Origin: Octopus sinensis
Lineage: Eukaryota
Direction of reading: 5' to 3'
NCBI RefSeq assembly: GCF_006345805.1
Contig: NC_043022.1
Coordinates: 9,114,001-9,178,000 of the forward strand
Length of the DNA: 64,000 bases
Shown here piece after piece: positions 40,680 to 52,262 of this stretch (positions are counted from its first letter, which is position 1; the number at the start of each line of letters is the position of its first letter). The notes beneath the pieces were generated by a model. That model searched no databases. It saw only the letters and a list, made by a program, of their open reading frames with translations, and was not told the origin of the DNA. Made by a program: the position numbers and the translations under genes.

Positions 40680-40786
40680 CTGCCTCGTGAAGATCACTGC
40701 TAGTTCTCACTGCACACGCAACCGTGTGCTGCCACCTGTTGGTACGCTACAGAACTAGTCCGGAAACTTTTTGATACCACCTCATA
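40680..40786. mobile_element. Mariner terminal inverted repeat and subterminal segment
   Basis: Reverse complement of 40757-40786 is TA-TGAGGTGGTATCAAAAAGTTTCCGGACT, a typical mariner end. Confidence 0.65.
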
Positions 40787-43245
40787 CAAATAAAACAATC
40801 TAAAAACACAAGACACAGTGTCTATACAGTAAATATCTAATCAAATAAATAACCCCCACAACATGGACTCTACAGGCTGGATACCCAACAGAACACAACT
40901 AGTATTGCACACACAATACAAACACTAATTCAACAAAGGATTGCAACCAAATCCCACAACAAAACAGATGCAATATATTACTAGGAAGAGTTTGCACTCC
41001 TCCAACAAAAAACACACAATATTACACACACCCCAGCGATGCAAGTGATGCAGTTGAAATTTGCACGAAACTACCAAATCCGTAATAATAATAATAACTG
41101 CCCTGATGCAGTACCAGGCAGTGGCTCTCATGGCTTCTGATCTTAACTGATTGGAAGTGTTATCATGTACATTGTTTTGCCTTGGTATAAAAGATGGGCT
41201 GCAGCAAATATTCTGCTCAATACCACAGATTTGCTTGTCAGTTGTTTGTCCTTAACCAGTTGAGCATGTCCCTTAGTGGCTGACAATATCTGCATCTCTG
41301 GTCACGAGCAGAAGTAGTGGGGGAGCATCATAGCCATGTGTTGAGAGGGGTTCTTTGAGGTTTGAATAATTCACTTCTGGAAACATGGGTGTTTCATTCA
41401 ACATCTTTAAACAACCCTTATTCAGGGACCTTTTGAGTGGGATGGGTTACTCAACCAAAAGAAAATTCTAACTGGGCCCCATCTGCAGGGTTATGCGCTG
41501 TTTATCTTGATATGAGATCACCATGTCGCGCACATATGGTTGTGATGCATGTGCCTAGTGTACCCTTATCAGTCAGGTAATCATGATGGGTATACTGGGC
41601 TTCATATATTTGACCCCAGTGTCACTTTGATGGCATGCACTGCTCTCTCACTCAATAATAATAATATAATAATAATAATAATAATAGTGCAGCTCCAGAA
41701 AATAGTGTAATTAGGGACAGCTGAGATACTTAGGAAGGTTCTTGGCATAGAAAGTTACTTGTTGTAGCCTGATGTTAGGAATTTTTCTGTTCCAACAGTT
41801 TAATCTGTTAGGAACGTGCCCAAGCATTGAGGATCCCTTTAATTCAGAAGCTTCTAGCTTGGGGCTAACAATTAAAACATAAAGAATCAAAAAAGTACCA
41901 TCTCATTCCACAAAATACTATCTATATCTGTACCAACATCCATGTGCCAACTTCTAGATCAGCTCAGAATCAAGGGTCACAAAAGAATAGCAACAATGAA
42001 ACACCTGTCAGAGACCAACGTGGTTATGGGTGAAAAGGAAGGATAGATGGAACTGAAAGAAGTACAGAAAGTCATTAAACATAGGAGAAAGCAAACCCAG
42101 TTTGAAAGAGTGCGAGTTCATGTGATGGATATTGTGGCTGAGCAATAAGGTCACCCAAAAGTTTTGAGTTCAATCCCAACTACAGGTGGCATTTAAATAA
42201 CAGCGGAAGGACACCTCAGAAATCACTATCTAGATGGCCCAGCCCCCTAAAGTGTCATGAACAAATAGGTTTTGACACTCACCTTATAGCATGTTTCCAT
42301 TTGCAATATTACAAACTGCTGACACAGATAAGTTTAAAATAGAAAATTTAAAAAAAACTACCATCAAAAGGTAACTTCTAGAAACAAGACAAAATCCCTT
42401 CCTGCTTTCATCCAGAAAATTATTAAGCTAGATGGGAACAATAATACTAAAATAAATATCTATGCAATATTGCTGTATCAGGTAATCTGTTACAGGATGG
42501 ATATGAAAAACTATTTCTAGAAACAGGGCAAAATTAATTCCTACTTTCATTGGCAAACTTAAGTCTAATAGAAACCATTTTAAAAAACTCTACAAAATAC
42601 AATCATATCATATAATGTCCCCTTTTTCATACTATCATGGATTCGAAAGTTTGATAGGAACCAACAAACCAGAGGGTTGCACCAAGCTTCAATGCCTGCT
42701 TTGGCTTGGTTTCCTATGGCTGGATGCCCTTCCTAACACCAACCACTTTATAGTATGTACTGGGTGCATTTTTTCATGACACCAGCATTTGTGAGGTTAC
42801 CAAGTATTAGATGAGGGCCCAGTTTCAGCAGAGTATATTCAGGCAAAAAAAAGTCTTTAATAAATTAAAGTGTGTAATATTAAAAGTAATTTAAGTCTTA
42901 TGTTATGTTAATTCCCTTTGCAGGGTAAAGACCTGCTTCAGTCTTGAATGACCAAAGGATTGCACCTCTAAAGTTACCTTCCAAAGCACAAGTCTGGGAA
43001 AGGTTGTTTATGGAAAACCAGTAGTCGCCCATGCATACCAGCCTCCCCTCTCCACGCCACTGATGTTATCCAAGGGGAAGGCAAAGGTTGATACAGCTTG
43101 GCATCAGTGACATCACAACCCATTTCTACAGCAAGTGAACTGGAGTAACACAACACTCAAACCAGTCCAGAAATCAAACTCATTACCACATGATTGAGAG
43201 CTCAACGCTCTAACCACTGAGCCATGTGCATTCCTTTTAAAAGTA

Positions 43246-44161
43246 ACTAGCAGTATCGCCCGGCGTTGCTCAGGTTTGTAAGGGAAATAACTATATAAGC
43301 ATTTTTAGAGAGTTATAGCCAAAAAAATAGCAAAAAAGTGCATTAAAAATGGAAAAAAAATGATGGTAAATTATTTTTTAAATCGTTGACTCATCGTAGA
43401 CATTTTTAGAGAGTTACTTCCCTTATATAAAAGCGAAAAAATGCATTAAAATGGAAAAAAATGATGGTAAATTTTTTTTTAAATCGTAGACTCATCGTAG
43501 ACGCGCGCTAATTCTCAGAGGGGCTCGATATGAATCACGACTATAAGATACCCGAATTTGGTTAAACTGCACCGCAAAATGTGGGAGTAGTTAGGAATCT
43601 AAATTGTAGGAGACAGACAGCACACAACCTCACTTTTATATATAAAGACTAGCAGTATCGCCCGGCGTTGCTCGGGTTTGTAAGGGAAATAACTATATAA
43701 GCATTTTTAGAGAGTTACTTCCCTTATAGATGCCAATTCGGGCTTTCTTAGCCATTTCTGTTTTGGTGTCTTCAAGCCATGAAGTCGTTCTAAAAGAACG
43801 CTGGTCTCCTTGACAACGCTTTACGACGTTGATTTCCTTACACTCCCTTCCCCACAGCTTCACGAGGGAGGGAAGAAGGGGGAGAAGCAAACACAGGTGC
43901 AGCTGTGACCATGGACGCCAACTCCGCCGCCATCGACACACGAAAAATTATGAATTAAAATGGAATAAAAAATTATGTTAAATTATTTTTAAAATCGTAG
44001 ACTCATCGTAGACGCGCGCTAATACTCAGACGAGCTCGATATGAATCACGACTATAAGATACCCGAATTTGGTTAAACTGCACCGCAAAATGTGGGAGTA
44101 GTTAGGAATCTAAATCGAAAGGTACAGACACTCACACAACTACAGTTTTATATATATAGAT
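43246..44161 (+). mobile_element. Head-to-tail dimer of a non-autonomous Helitron-like element (43246-43647, 43648-44161)
   Basis: Each unit starts ACTAGCAGTATCGCCCGGCGTTGCTC(A/G)GGT (5' hairpin) and ends acaga...ttttatatata(t/a)ag; no TSD or TIR seen. Confidence 0.72.
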
Positions 44162-44884
44162 AACAATCCTTTCTACTAAAGGCACAAGGCCTGAGATTTT
44201 AGCGGGGGGGTGGTTAGTCAATCATATCAACCACAGTGCTTGATTGGTAAATATTTTAGAGTTTAAGGATGAAAGGCAAAGCTGATAGCAGTGGAATATG
44301 AATGTTTTAAAGACAGACGAAATGCTGTTAAGCATTTTGTTTGGTGTGCTAACGATTCTGACAGCTTGCCGCCTTTACAAGTAATAGTAATAATGTTGAA
44401 GTAAATAATATTATGGAGTGATGCTAGGTAGAAGAGATTGTCTTGGTCATAGTTAACCGATAGTAGTGAGCACCCCAGGGCAAAAATTAGCTTATCAGAG
44501 GCCCAATTTTGCATACAGGACCTGAGGTGAGTTTTTTGGAGACAAGTGTGTCTTGCATGCCATTAAATATAATACCAATTAAAAATAAAATGAGGAAATA
44601 GGGAACATCGTTCCTTTCGGTTTTACACAAGATTAGGGAGGTTTAAACACTTGAATAGTTCAAAGACAGGCCCCAATTTCACCAGCGCATATTCATGGAA
44701 AAGTTAACACATTAAGTAAAAAAGGCCCAGCTTCGTTAGCGGCACCTGGGGCCATTTCCTTTCTTTTCAGACATTCAGAGTGGGGAGAATGTCTTATGCC
44801 ATCAAATATGAGGGAGGGATAGATAGTTAGATCGATATATACACCGATGGCATAAAAGATGCACACCCATATAAGACACACAAC

Positions 44885-45035
44885 CTGGACTTCGTCAACG
44901 TATATTCGGGGAAAAGAAAGAGCTTTTCGTACACTAGATCCATGTAATAGAGGTCCAGTTCCCCATGTAGGATCGTAGTGACTTTTTCAGATAATTTTTC
45001 GTCAATTTAAAAAATTTTTGGAAGGGTGAGTTCGT
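44885..45035 (-). pseudogene. Candidate exon 2 of an unknown gene with an in-frame TAA (45009-45007)
   Basis: ttttaag|AC GAA...TCC AG|gttgtg; (D)ELTLPKIF*IDEKLSEKVTTILHGELDLYYMDLVYEKLFLFPEYTLTKS; phase 1 start matches the 45779 donor. Confidence 0.35.
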
Positions 45036-45778
45036 CTTAAAAGCTATTGAATACGATAATACAAGCAACGGTTCTTTTCCTTAAGACAAGAGAAAAAAAA
45101 TGTTTTATTTTGACACATTCTACCAGTATACGAAGTTTAAAAGTGTTTAGTTAACTAGAAATTGTATTGAAAAGTGCCGTTCAAACGGAAAAGATCCCAA
45201 GCAACGAACAGACAAAGTAACAAAATGTTTGTCTGTAAAGCAACGACAAGGAGTATAAATAAGTGTAATAAATCAATGAAGAACTATATGAACCCCAAAC
45301 ACAGGAACAATTCGTAAATACTTAATTGAGTTAGTCAAACATAACAGAAACTAGGATAAGTCTGGCCAAGGTAAGGAATACGCCCACGTGGGGTTTATGG
45401 TTAGGGTTTGGTCGAAAACGGGTGGGGTCCGAATTCTTTACCCACGCCGTTAAGTCTTTGATAAAATTCTTAAATCTATTGACAAAGTTTATCAGAATAT
45501 TTAATTGGGAAAAACAATTGGCAAATGAAAGAAAAATATAAGAATATCCACTGAAGATTGTTATCAGATAAATAACGAATGTTTATCGAGATTTTTCTAT
45601 TTTACTGCCCGTAAAAGTTCGATATTAACAAAAAAGGCTAATTACCGTGTTCATATGACAGCTGCAAAAATATCTATAATTAAAGTGTTAGATTAATTTA
45701 GCAGATATTTTTTTCAATGAATATTTTAAATGTAGACATTTAGTAGCAAATTATGTGGAAATTGTGCAAATTACATAC

Positions 45779-45857
45779 CTTGCTCATCAAATTCTACCAG
45801 AATTTGTCTTCCAGTACCAAAAATGACTAACTTTGGTTGGAATCGTTCAGACGTCAT
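45779..45857 (-). CDS. Candidate first coding exon MTSERFQPKLVIFGTGRQILVEFDEQ
   Basis: aaaATG at 45857 and donor CAA G|gtatgt (phase 1), in non-repetitive sequence. No family recognised. Confidence 0.4.
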
Positions 45858-46462
45858 TTTAAAAACAAGGGACGTTACTCTTACAGAGTTGATGATAGTA
45901 TTATCCAAAAAAAACCCGACTTACTTCCCTTGTTTATGTGACTTTCTTTTCATAATCATTTACAACTTGTGGTGTGCAGGACTTTTTGACTGGTGCACCT
46001 AAAAAAAGCCACCTTGGATTTTTTTTGGTAGTGCGGACCGCCAGATATTCAGCCATGTCTCATGCAGCCCACTCCTGGGAAACAGTTGCCTGTGCCTGAT
46101 CTATAGTCAACAGCACACAGGTGCCGTGTGCACACGTATATACACACACATTGGTTTGCTTAACTTAACCTCAACAGAGAAATAAAAGGACAAAGCTATA
46201 TTTTAGTAGGAATTGAACTTGTGCGGTCAGAAATTTGCTTCCCAACCATGTGGTCTAGGGTCCAGTCTCACTACCCAGCACCTTAAGCAAATGTCTTATA
46301 ATTCGACCCCTGCGTCGAGCAAGGCCTTGTGAATGGATTTGGTAAACAGAAACTGAAAGACGCCCATCATATACATATACACATACGAAGGGCTGCTGAA
46401 AAGTCCCTGGCTTTCGGTAAAAGAAAATACAGGAGGATCACTTAATCATGATTTTATCCAAC

Positions 46463-47578
46463 ACTAGCAGTATCGCCCGGCGTTGCTCGGGTTTGTAAGG
46501 GAAATAACTATATAAGCATTTTTAGAGAGTTATAGCAAAAAATAGCAAAAGAATGCACTAAAAATGGAATAAAAAATGATGGTAATTATTTTTTAAATCG
46601 TTGACTTATCGTAGACATTTTTAGAGAGTTACTTCCCTTATATAATAGCAAAAAAATGGAAAAAATGATGGTAAATTTTTTTTAAATCGTAGACTCATGT
46701 AGACGGTTTCTTAGCCATTTCTGTTTTGGTGTCTTCAAGCCATGAAGTCGTTGTTCTAAAAGAACGCTGGTCTCCTTGACAACGCATTACGACGTTGATT
46801 TCCTTACACTCCCTTCCCCACAGGTGCAGGTGTGAGCGTGGACGCCAACTCCGCCGCCATCGACACACGAAAAAATATGCATTAAAATGGAATAAAAAAT
46901 TATGTTAAATTATTTTAAAAATCGTAGACCCATCGTAGACGCGCGCTAATACCCATACGGGCTCGATATGAATCACGACTATAAGATACCCGAATTTGGT
47001 TAAACTGCACCGCAAAATGTGGGAGTAGTTAGGAATCTAAATCGAAGGGGACAGACACTCACACAACTACAGTTTTATATATATAGACTAGCAGTATCGC
47101 CCGGCGTTGCTCGGGTTTGTAAGCATAACTATATAAGCATTTTTAGAGAGTTACTTCCCTTATAAATTCGGGCTTTCTTAGCCATTTTTGTTTTGGTGTC
47201 TTCAAGCCATGAAGTCGTTGTTCTAAAAGAACGCTGGTCTCCTTCACAACGCATTACGACGTTGATTTCTTTACACTCCCTTCCCCACAGCTTCACGAGG
47301 GATGGAAGGGGGAGAAGCAAACAGGTGCAGCTGTGAGCGTGGATGCCAACTCCGCCGCCATCGACATACGATGCATTTTATGCATTAAAATGGAATAAAA
47401 AATGATGTTAAATTATTTTTTAAATCGTAGACGCGCGCTAATAGTCAGACGGGCTCAATATGAATCACGACTATAAGATACCCGAATTTGGTTAAACTGC
47501 ACCGCAAAATGTGGGAGGAGTTAGGAATCTAAATCGAAGGGGACAGACACTCACACAACTAGTTTTATATATATAGAT
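46463..47578 (+). mobile_element. Second head-to-tail dimer of the Helitron-like element (46463-47086, 47087-47578)
   Basis: Same termini as 43246-44161; junction ttttatatatatag|actagcagtatcgccc; abuts a mariner end at 46385-46462. Confidence 0.72.
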
Positions 47579-48609
47579 ATCCGAACGTGGCCGTAGCCAG
47601 CACCGCCCTGACTGGTCTCCGTGCCGGTGGCACATAAAAAGCACCAAACGATCGTGGCCGTTTGCCACCCTCGTCTGGCACCTGTGCCAGTGGCACGTAA
47701 AAAGCACCCACTAAACTCACAGAGTGGTTGGCGTTAGGAAGGGCATCCAGCTGTAGAAACACTGCCAGATCAGTCTTCTGGCTTCCCAGACCCCAGTTGA
47801 ACCATCCAACCCATGCTAGCATGGAAAGCGGACGTTAAACGATGATGATGATGATGATTCCCACACTGGTCCTTCAGTTTTTTAAGCCCTGTAAAAGAAC
47901 TTGGAAGGTTAGACTTCCATCCAGGCCTTTTACGATATCCTTAAAAACAGGAACTTTCAGCACTCCCTCTTACATACATATGTGTGTGTGTGTGTACATA
48001 TATGCATATTTGAGTGTGTCTGTGCTTGTCCATCATCATTGCTTGAGAATCGGTGTTGGTTTATTTACATCCCTGTAAGTAAGCTGTTCAGATAAAAGAG
48101 AACGCTAGAATAAGTACCAGGCTTTAAAAATTAAGTACTCGTCTTGATTTGTTTGAATGAATCCTTTCAAGAGTGTGCCCCAGCATGGCTGCATTCCAAA
48201 GACTAAAACAAGTAAAAATATAAAAGACAAAAGAAATTCCTCAATTATCATCACTGTTTAACGTCCGCTTTCCATGCTAGCATGGGTTGGACGATTTGAC
48301 TGAGGACTGGCGAACCAGATTGCTGCACCAAGGTCCAATCCGATCTGGTAGAGTTTCTACAGCTGGATGCCCTTCCTAATGCCAACCAGTCCGAGAGTGT
48401 AGTGGGTGCTTTTACGTGCCACCAGCATGAGGGTCAGTCAGGCGGTACTAGCAATGGTGTTTTATACATGCCACCTGCACAGAAGCCAGTCCAGCGGCAC
48501 TGACAATGACCTTGCTTGAATGTTTTTTCACGTGCCACCAGCACAAGTGCCAGTAAGGCGATGCTGGTAACGATCACGCTCGAATGGTGCTCTTAGCACA
48601 CTCTTACAC

Positions 48610-48834
48610 GCCAGTATGGAAGGTGGATGTTAAACGATGATGATGATGACGGTATATACATATATATATCATATATATATATAAATATATATATATATAT
48701 TATATATCATATATATATATATAAATATATATATATATGTATATATCATATATATATATTATATATATAAATATATATATATATGTATATACCGTCATCA
48801 TCATCATCGTTTAACATCCACCTTCCATACTGGC
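48610..48834. repeat. Inverted duplication of an RTE-tail end around a (TA)n core
   Basis: gccagtatggaaggtggatgttaaacgatgatgatgatgacggtatatacatatat and its exact reverse complement ending at 48834. Confidence 0.92.
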
Positions 48835-49466
48835 ATGGGTTGGACAGTTTGACAGGAACCGAGCAGATAGAAGACTACCCCAAGCTTTTGTGTTTGTTTT
48901 GGTATAGTGTTTAGAGCTGGATGCCCTTTCTAACACCAACCACCTTGCAGAGTGGAGTGAGGGCTTTTTACGTGGCACCAGTACAGGCGAGGTCAGTTTT
49001 GGCATGGCTTTTATAGCTGGATGCCCTTCCAAATGCCAATCACTTCACAATGTGGACTCGACATGTCTTACACAGCACCGGCAGGGTCACCAAGTAACTT
49101 GCAAGACAAGGAATCTAAAAACACTGCGTCCCACCCACATCTGGCTACCAACTGGTGTTGGTTCTTTTACATCCCTGTAACTTAACAGTTTGGCAAAAGT
49201 GACCAAGAGAACAAGTACCAAATATTGCACTTAAAAGTATTGGTGTCGATTTGCTTGCCTAAGCTCTTCAAGATAGTGCCCCCACATGGCCACAGCCCAA
49301 TGATTGAAACAAGTAAAATGCAAAAATTGTAAGATTGAATTTGAGGCAGACAAGAGAAAAAGCCCTATTTAGGGTTCAGTCTCACTTTATTATCCCCTAA
49401 TTTCTATTTTGTTATACATTTAAATAAAATAAAATTCATAATATATATCAGTGTGTATATATACAA

Positions 49467-49472
49467 TTTATT
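49467..49472 (-). terminator. Putative AATAAA polyadenylation signal of RAD51C
   Basis: tttatt on the plus strand, about 58 nt downstream of the stop codon. Confidence 0.5.
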
Positions 49473-49529
49473 AGATCGAAAAAGTAATTATTTATGTTCA
49501 CAATTTCATAAAAGAGTCTCCATCATTTG

Positions 49530-49640
49530 TCAAACTGTTTTCTGACGTTTTGTGGCTGGTTCTTCAGCTGCAGCAACCACACCATGTTCTGGTTCCTCTT
49601 CTGTTGGGCCACGGTTGACCACATCACGAATACCACCCAT
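49530..49640 (-). CDS. RAD51C: RAD51C terminal exon MGGIRDVVNRGPTEEEPEHGVVAAAEEPATKRQKTV*
   Basis: Acceptor tttgtctttacag|, phase 0; G-I-R-D corresponds to human QGFRD; basic C-terminal KRQK. Confidence 0.88.
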   Translation of the reverse strand: MGGIRDVVNRGPTEEEPEHGVVAAAEEPATKRQKTV

Positions 49641-50330
49641 CTGTAAAGACAAATAATGATTACCTTCGTTAAATACATAAAATACACTATACATATATAT
49701 TCACCATCATTATCATCATTGTTGTTTAACCTCATGATTGTGAGCCCGACAGTCTAAACACTGAGCCATGTGCCTTCTTATATATTCTCTTTTTGGAATG
49801 TTTCAAAGCATACACATAAAGCTACAAATAATAGCATGTAAATATTGGTTGAAAACCCCTTCTGGAAAGGAAAAGTTGAAAGCTGCCTGTGGGACTTTTT
49901 CCATCCAAAAGAGTTTCCCAACCCAATATTTACATAGATTTATGAGTATCCTTTGAGATATTCCAAAAAAAAATTACTTCATATTTTCTCAAAAGTTTAC
50001 AAAATTCTTATCATGTCAACAATGTGTGTGTGTGTGTATGTGTGTGTGTGTGATGGGTTCTCACATTCTTTTGTCTACTAAATTCACTCACAAGGCAATG
50101 GTCAGTCTGAGAATATAATAGAAGACACACATCCTACCCCAGACAGACACACACACACACACCCTAGACATACATATACCCCCAGGCACACACCCACTAC
50201 ACTCCATCAATTCTACCTTCTCTCCACTGTCTTTGATAGCAGGCTTGCCTAGTGTTGACCTGTGGTTAAACAACAACAACAACAAAAACAATAATGAAAC
50301 TCAAAATAAGATTAGCCATTTCCTCTCAAG

Positions 50331-51006
50331 CAGTGGGTCTCAACTGGGGTCTATATGATTCTTGGGGGGTGGGTCCATATGGCCCTTGGAAGTCCATGTA
50401 AGATTTTGCTGTTAAAATTTATCTGCAATAAAATTGGTTATAATAATAATAATGAAATTATTGTATACAGTGCTCAGGTGCACCACAACTTGTCAGAAAG
50501 TGCGTATAAAGTGTATGCAGTAATGTACAAATGTCTGGAAAGCGAACAATGTATGAGTCAGATACATGCTTGTGTGCGTATGGAGGGGAGGAAATTAGGT
50601 GTAGTGTTGGCGAATCTCAGAAAGCATGGAAGTTTTGAAGGATGCAGTGCTCCAACAACTAACAGCTGATGCCAGCAGTTTGTTCCATGGTTCAGCAACT
50701 CTCAGCGTGAAAAAAATGTTTCCTAAAGTCATGGGAGCTGTGCTATTTTCTGACTTTGTAAATATGTCCACAGGTGGAGTTTGAAAAGGTGCTCAGAGTT
50801 ATTGTTTGTAAGATGGTTAATAATTTTATGGGTGTCTGCCAAGTTATACTGCTAAGATCATAAAATATTTTTATGATTTTGTTTTAAATACAATTCTTCA
50901 TAATATTTAATTTTGAAATTACAATGGGATTTTTTAAACATCAAATGGCTAGGAGGGTCCACCCAAGTAAAAGGGGTCCATAGGTAAAAATGGCTAAGAA
51001 CCACTG
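50331..51006. mobile_element. hAT-like MITE with a nested CR1 3' fragment (~50440-50845)
   Basis: Ends cagtgggtctcaac and gctaagaaccactg form imperfect TIRs; the inner segment matches 8915-9330. TSD not recognisable. Confidence 0.5.
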
Positions 51007-51040
51007 ATGTAGAAAAAGAGAGAGAGAGAGAGAGACTTAC

Positions 51041-51274
51041 AGTTATCTGAAAGGAAACAACGTCCTCCTTGTGTTCAGGTGATTTGTACAGCAATGCCTT
51101 TCTTTGGTTGTCTTTCCAGTAGAGGATGATACGTATGGTAGAGATGTGAGCCCAACTCTCCCCTAAGGCAGGGATCATGTTTTGACTTGTGTCACTCGTG
51201 TTCATGTAGCTGGAAGAGCTGTAATTGTTGTTGCTGTAGTTTATGCGAGTGGTCATTTGGTTTGTTAATACAAC
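51041..51274 (-). CDS. RAD51C: RAD51C exon (78 codons) VVLTNQMTT...[21 protein letters not shown]...LYKSP...FQIT
   Basis: tcttcctccag| acceptor and |gtaagt donor, phase 0-0; matches human VILTNQMTT...ALGESWGHAATIRL...LYKSP...FQIK. Confidence 0.97.
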
Positions 51275-51318
51275 CTGGAGGAAGATAAAAGATGTGGGCG
51301 GGAGGAGAAAAAAAAAAA

Positions 51319-51422
51319 GGACTCGTTAGTTCAAATCATCATCATCATCATCATCGTTTAACGTCCACTTTCCATGCTAGCATTAAACGATGATGATGAT
51401 GATGATTTGAACTAACGAGTCC
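51319..51422. repeat. Inverted duplication with a 21-nt spacer
   Basis: ggactcgttagttcaaa(atc)7gtttaa ... ttaaac(gat)6ttgaactaacgagtcc. Confidence 0.92.
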
Positions 51423-51800
51423 TCATCTTCATCATTATCATTGTTATCATCATCATTAACATCATCATCATCACCGTCACCACCACCATCACCATTGTTA
51501 TCATTATCATCATTATTAACATCATCATCATCACCACCACCATCACCACCACCATCACCATTGTTATCATCATCATCGTCGTCGTCATCATTATCATTGT
51601 TATCATCATCATTAACATCATCATTATCACCATCACCATTGTTATCATTATCATCATCATTAATATCAGCATCATCACCATCACCATTGTTATCATCATC
51701 ATCATCGTCATCATCATTATCATTGTTATCATCATCATCATTAACATCATTATCATCACCATCACCATCACCATTGTTATCATCATCGTCATCATCATTC
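51423..51800. repeat. Compound (TCA/CAT/TTA)n trinucleotide repeat
   Basis: Directly visible; explains the D/N-, M- and S-rich ORFs at 51383-52121. Confidence 0.95.
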
Positions 51801-52262
51801 ACTGTTTTTTCCATGTTTGCATGGGTTGGGCAGAGTTTATTTGAAACAGAATTTTTCATGACTGGACGCTTTTCCTGTCACCAACCTTTACCTGTTTCCA
51901 AGCAAGGTATTTTTCCCCATGGCCACACATGTTCTCTCAGGTTGTTGGAAATGAATGACACAGCTTGTTTGACAATGATAATCATTTTACAACAAACACA
52001 CACTGTAAAGACAAGGAAATACAAACATACACACACACACACATATATACATACAACAGGCTTTTTTCAGTTAGCATCTACTATATCTACTTACAAGGCT
52101 TTGGTTTGCCCAGCGTTATAGTAGAAGATACTTGCCCAAGGTGCCATGCAGTGGGACTGAACCCAGAACCATGTGGTTGAGAAGCAGACCTCTTGCTACA
52201 CACCCATGCCTTGGATGAAAAATACTAAGGCCTGATGTTGAACAGTAGATTCAAAATCAGGA

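Noticed and set aside
45925-45998. Segment with strong acceptor and GTAAGT donor upstream of the candidate ATG
   Set aside because: Stops in all frames and only ~45 nt to the next AG; possibly a non-coding exon but unsupported.
51383-52121. Acidic D/N-rich ORF resembling a biomineralisation protein (also 56655-57050)
   Set aside because: Intronic trinucleotide repeats within RAD51C.
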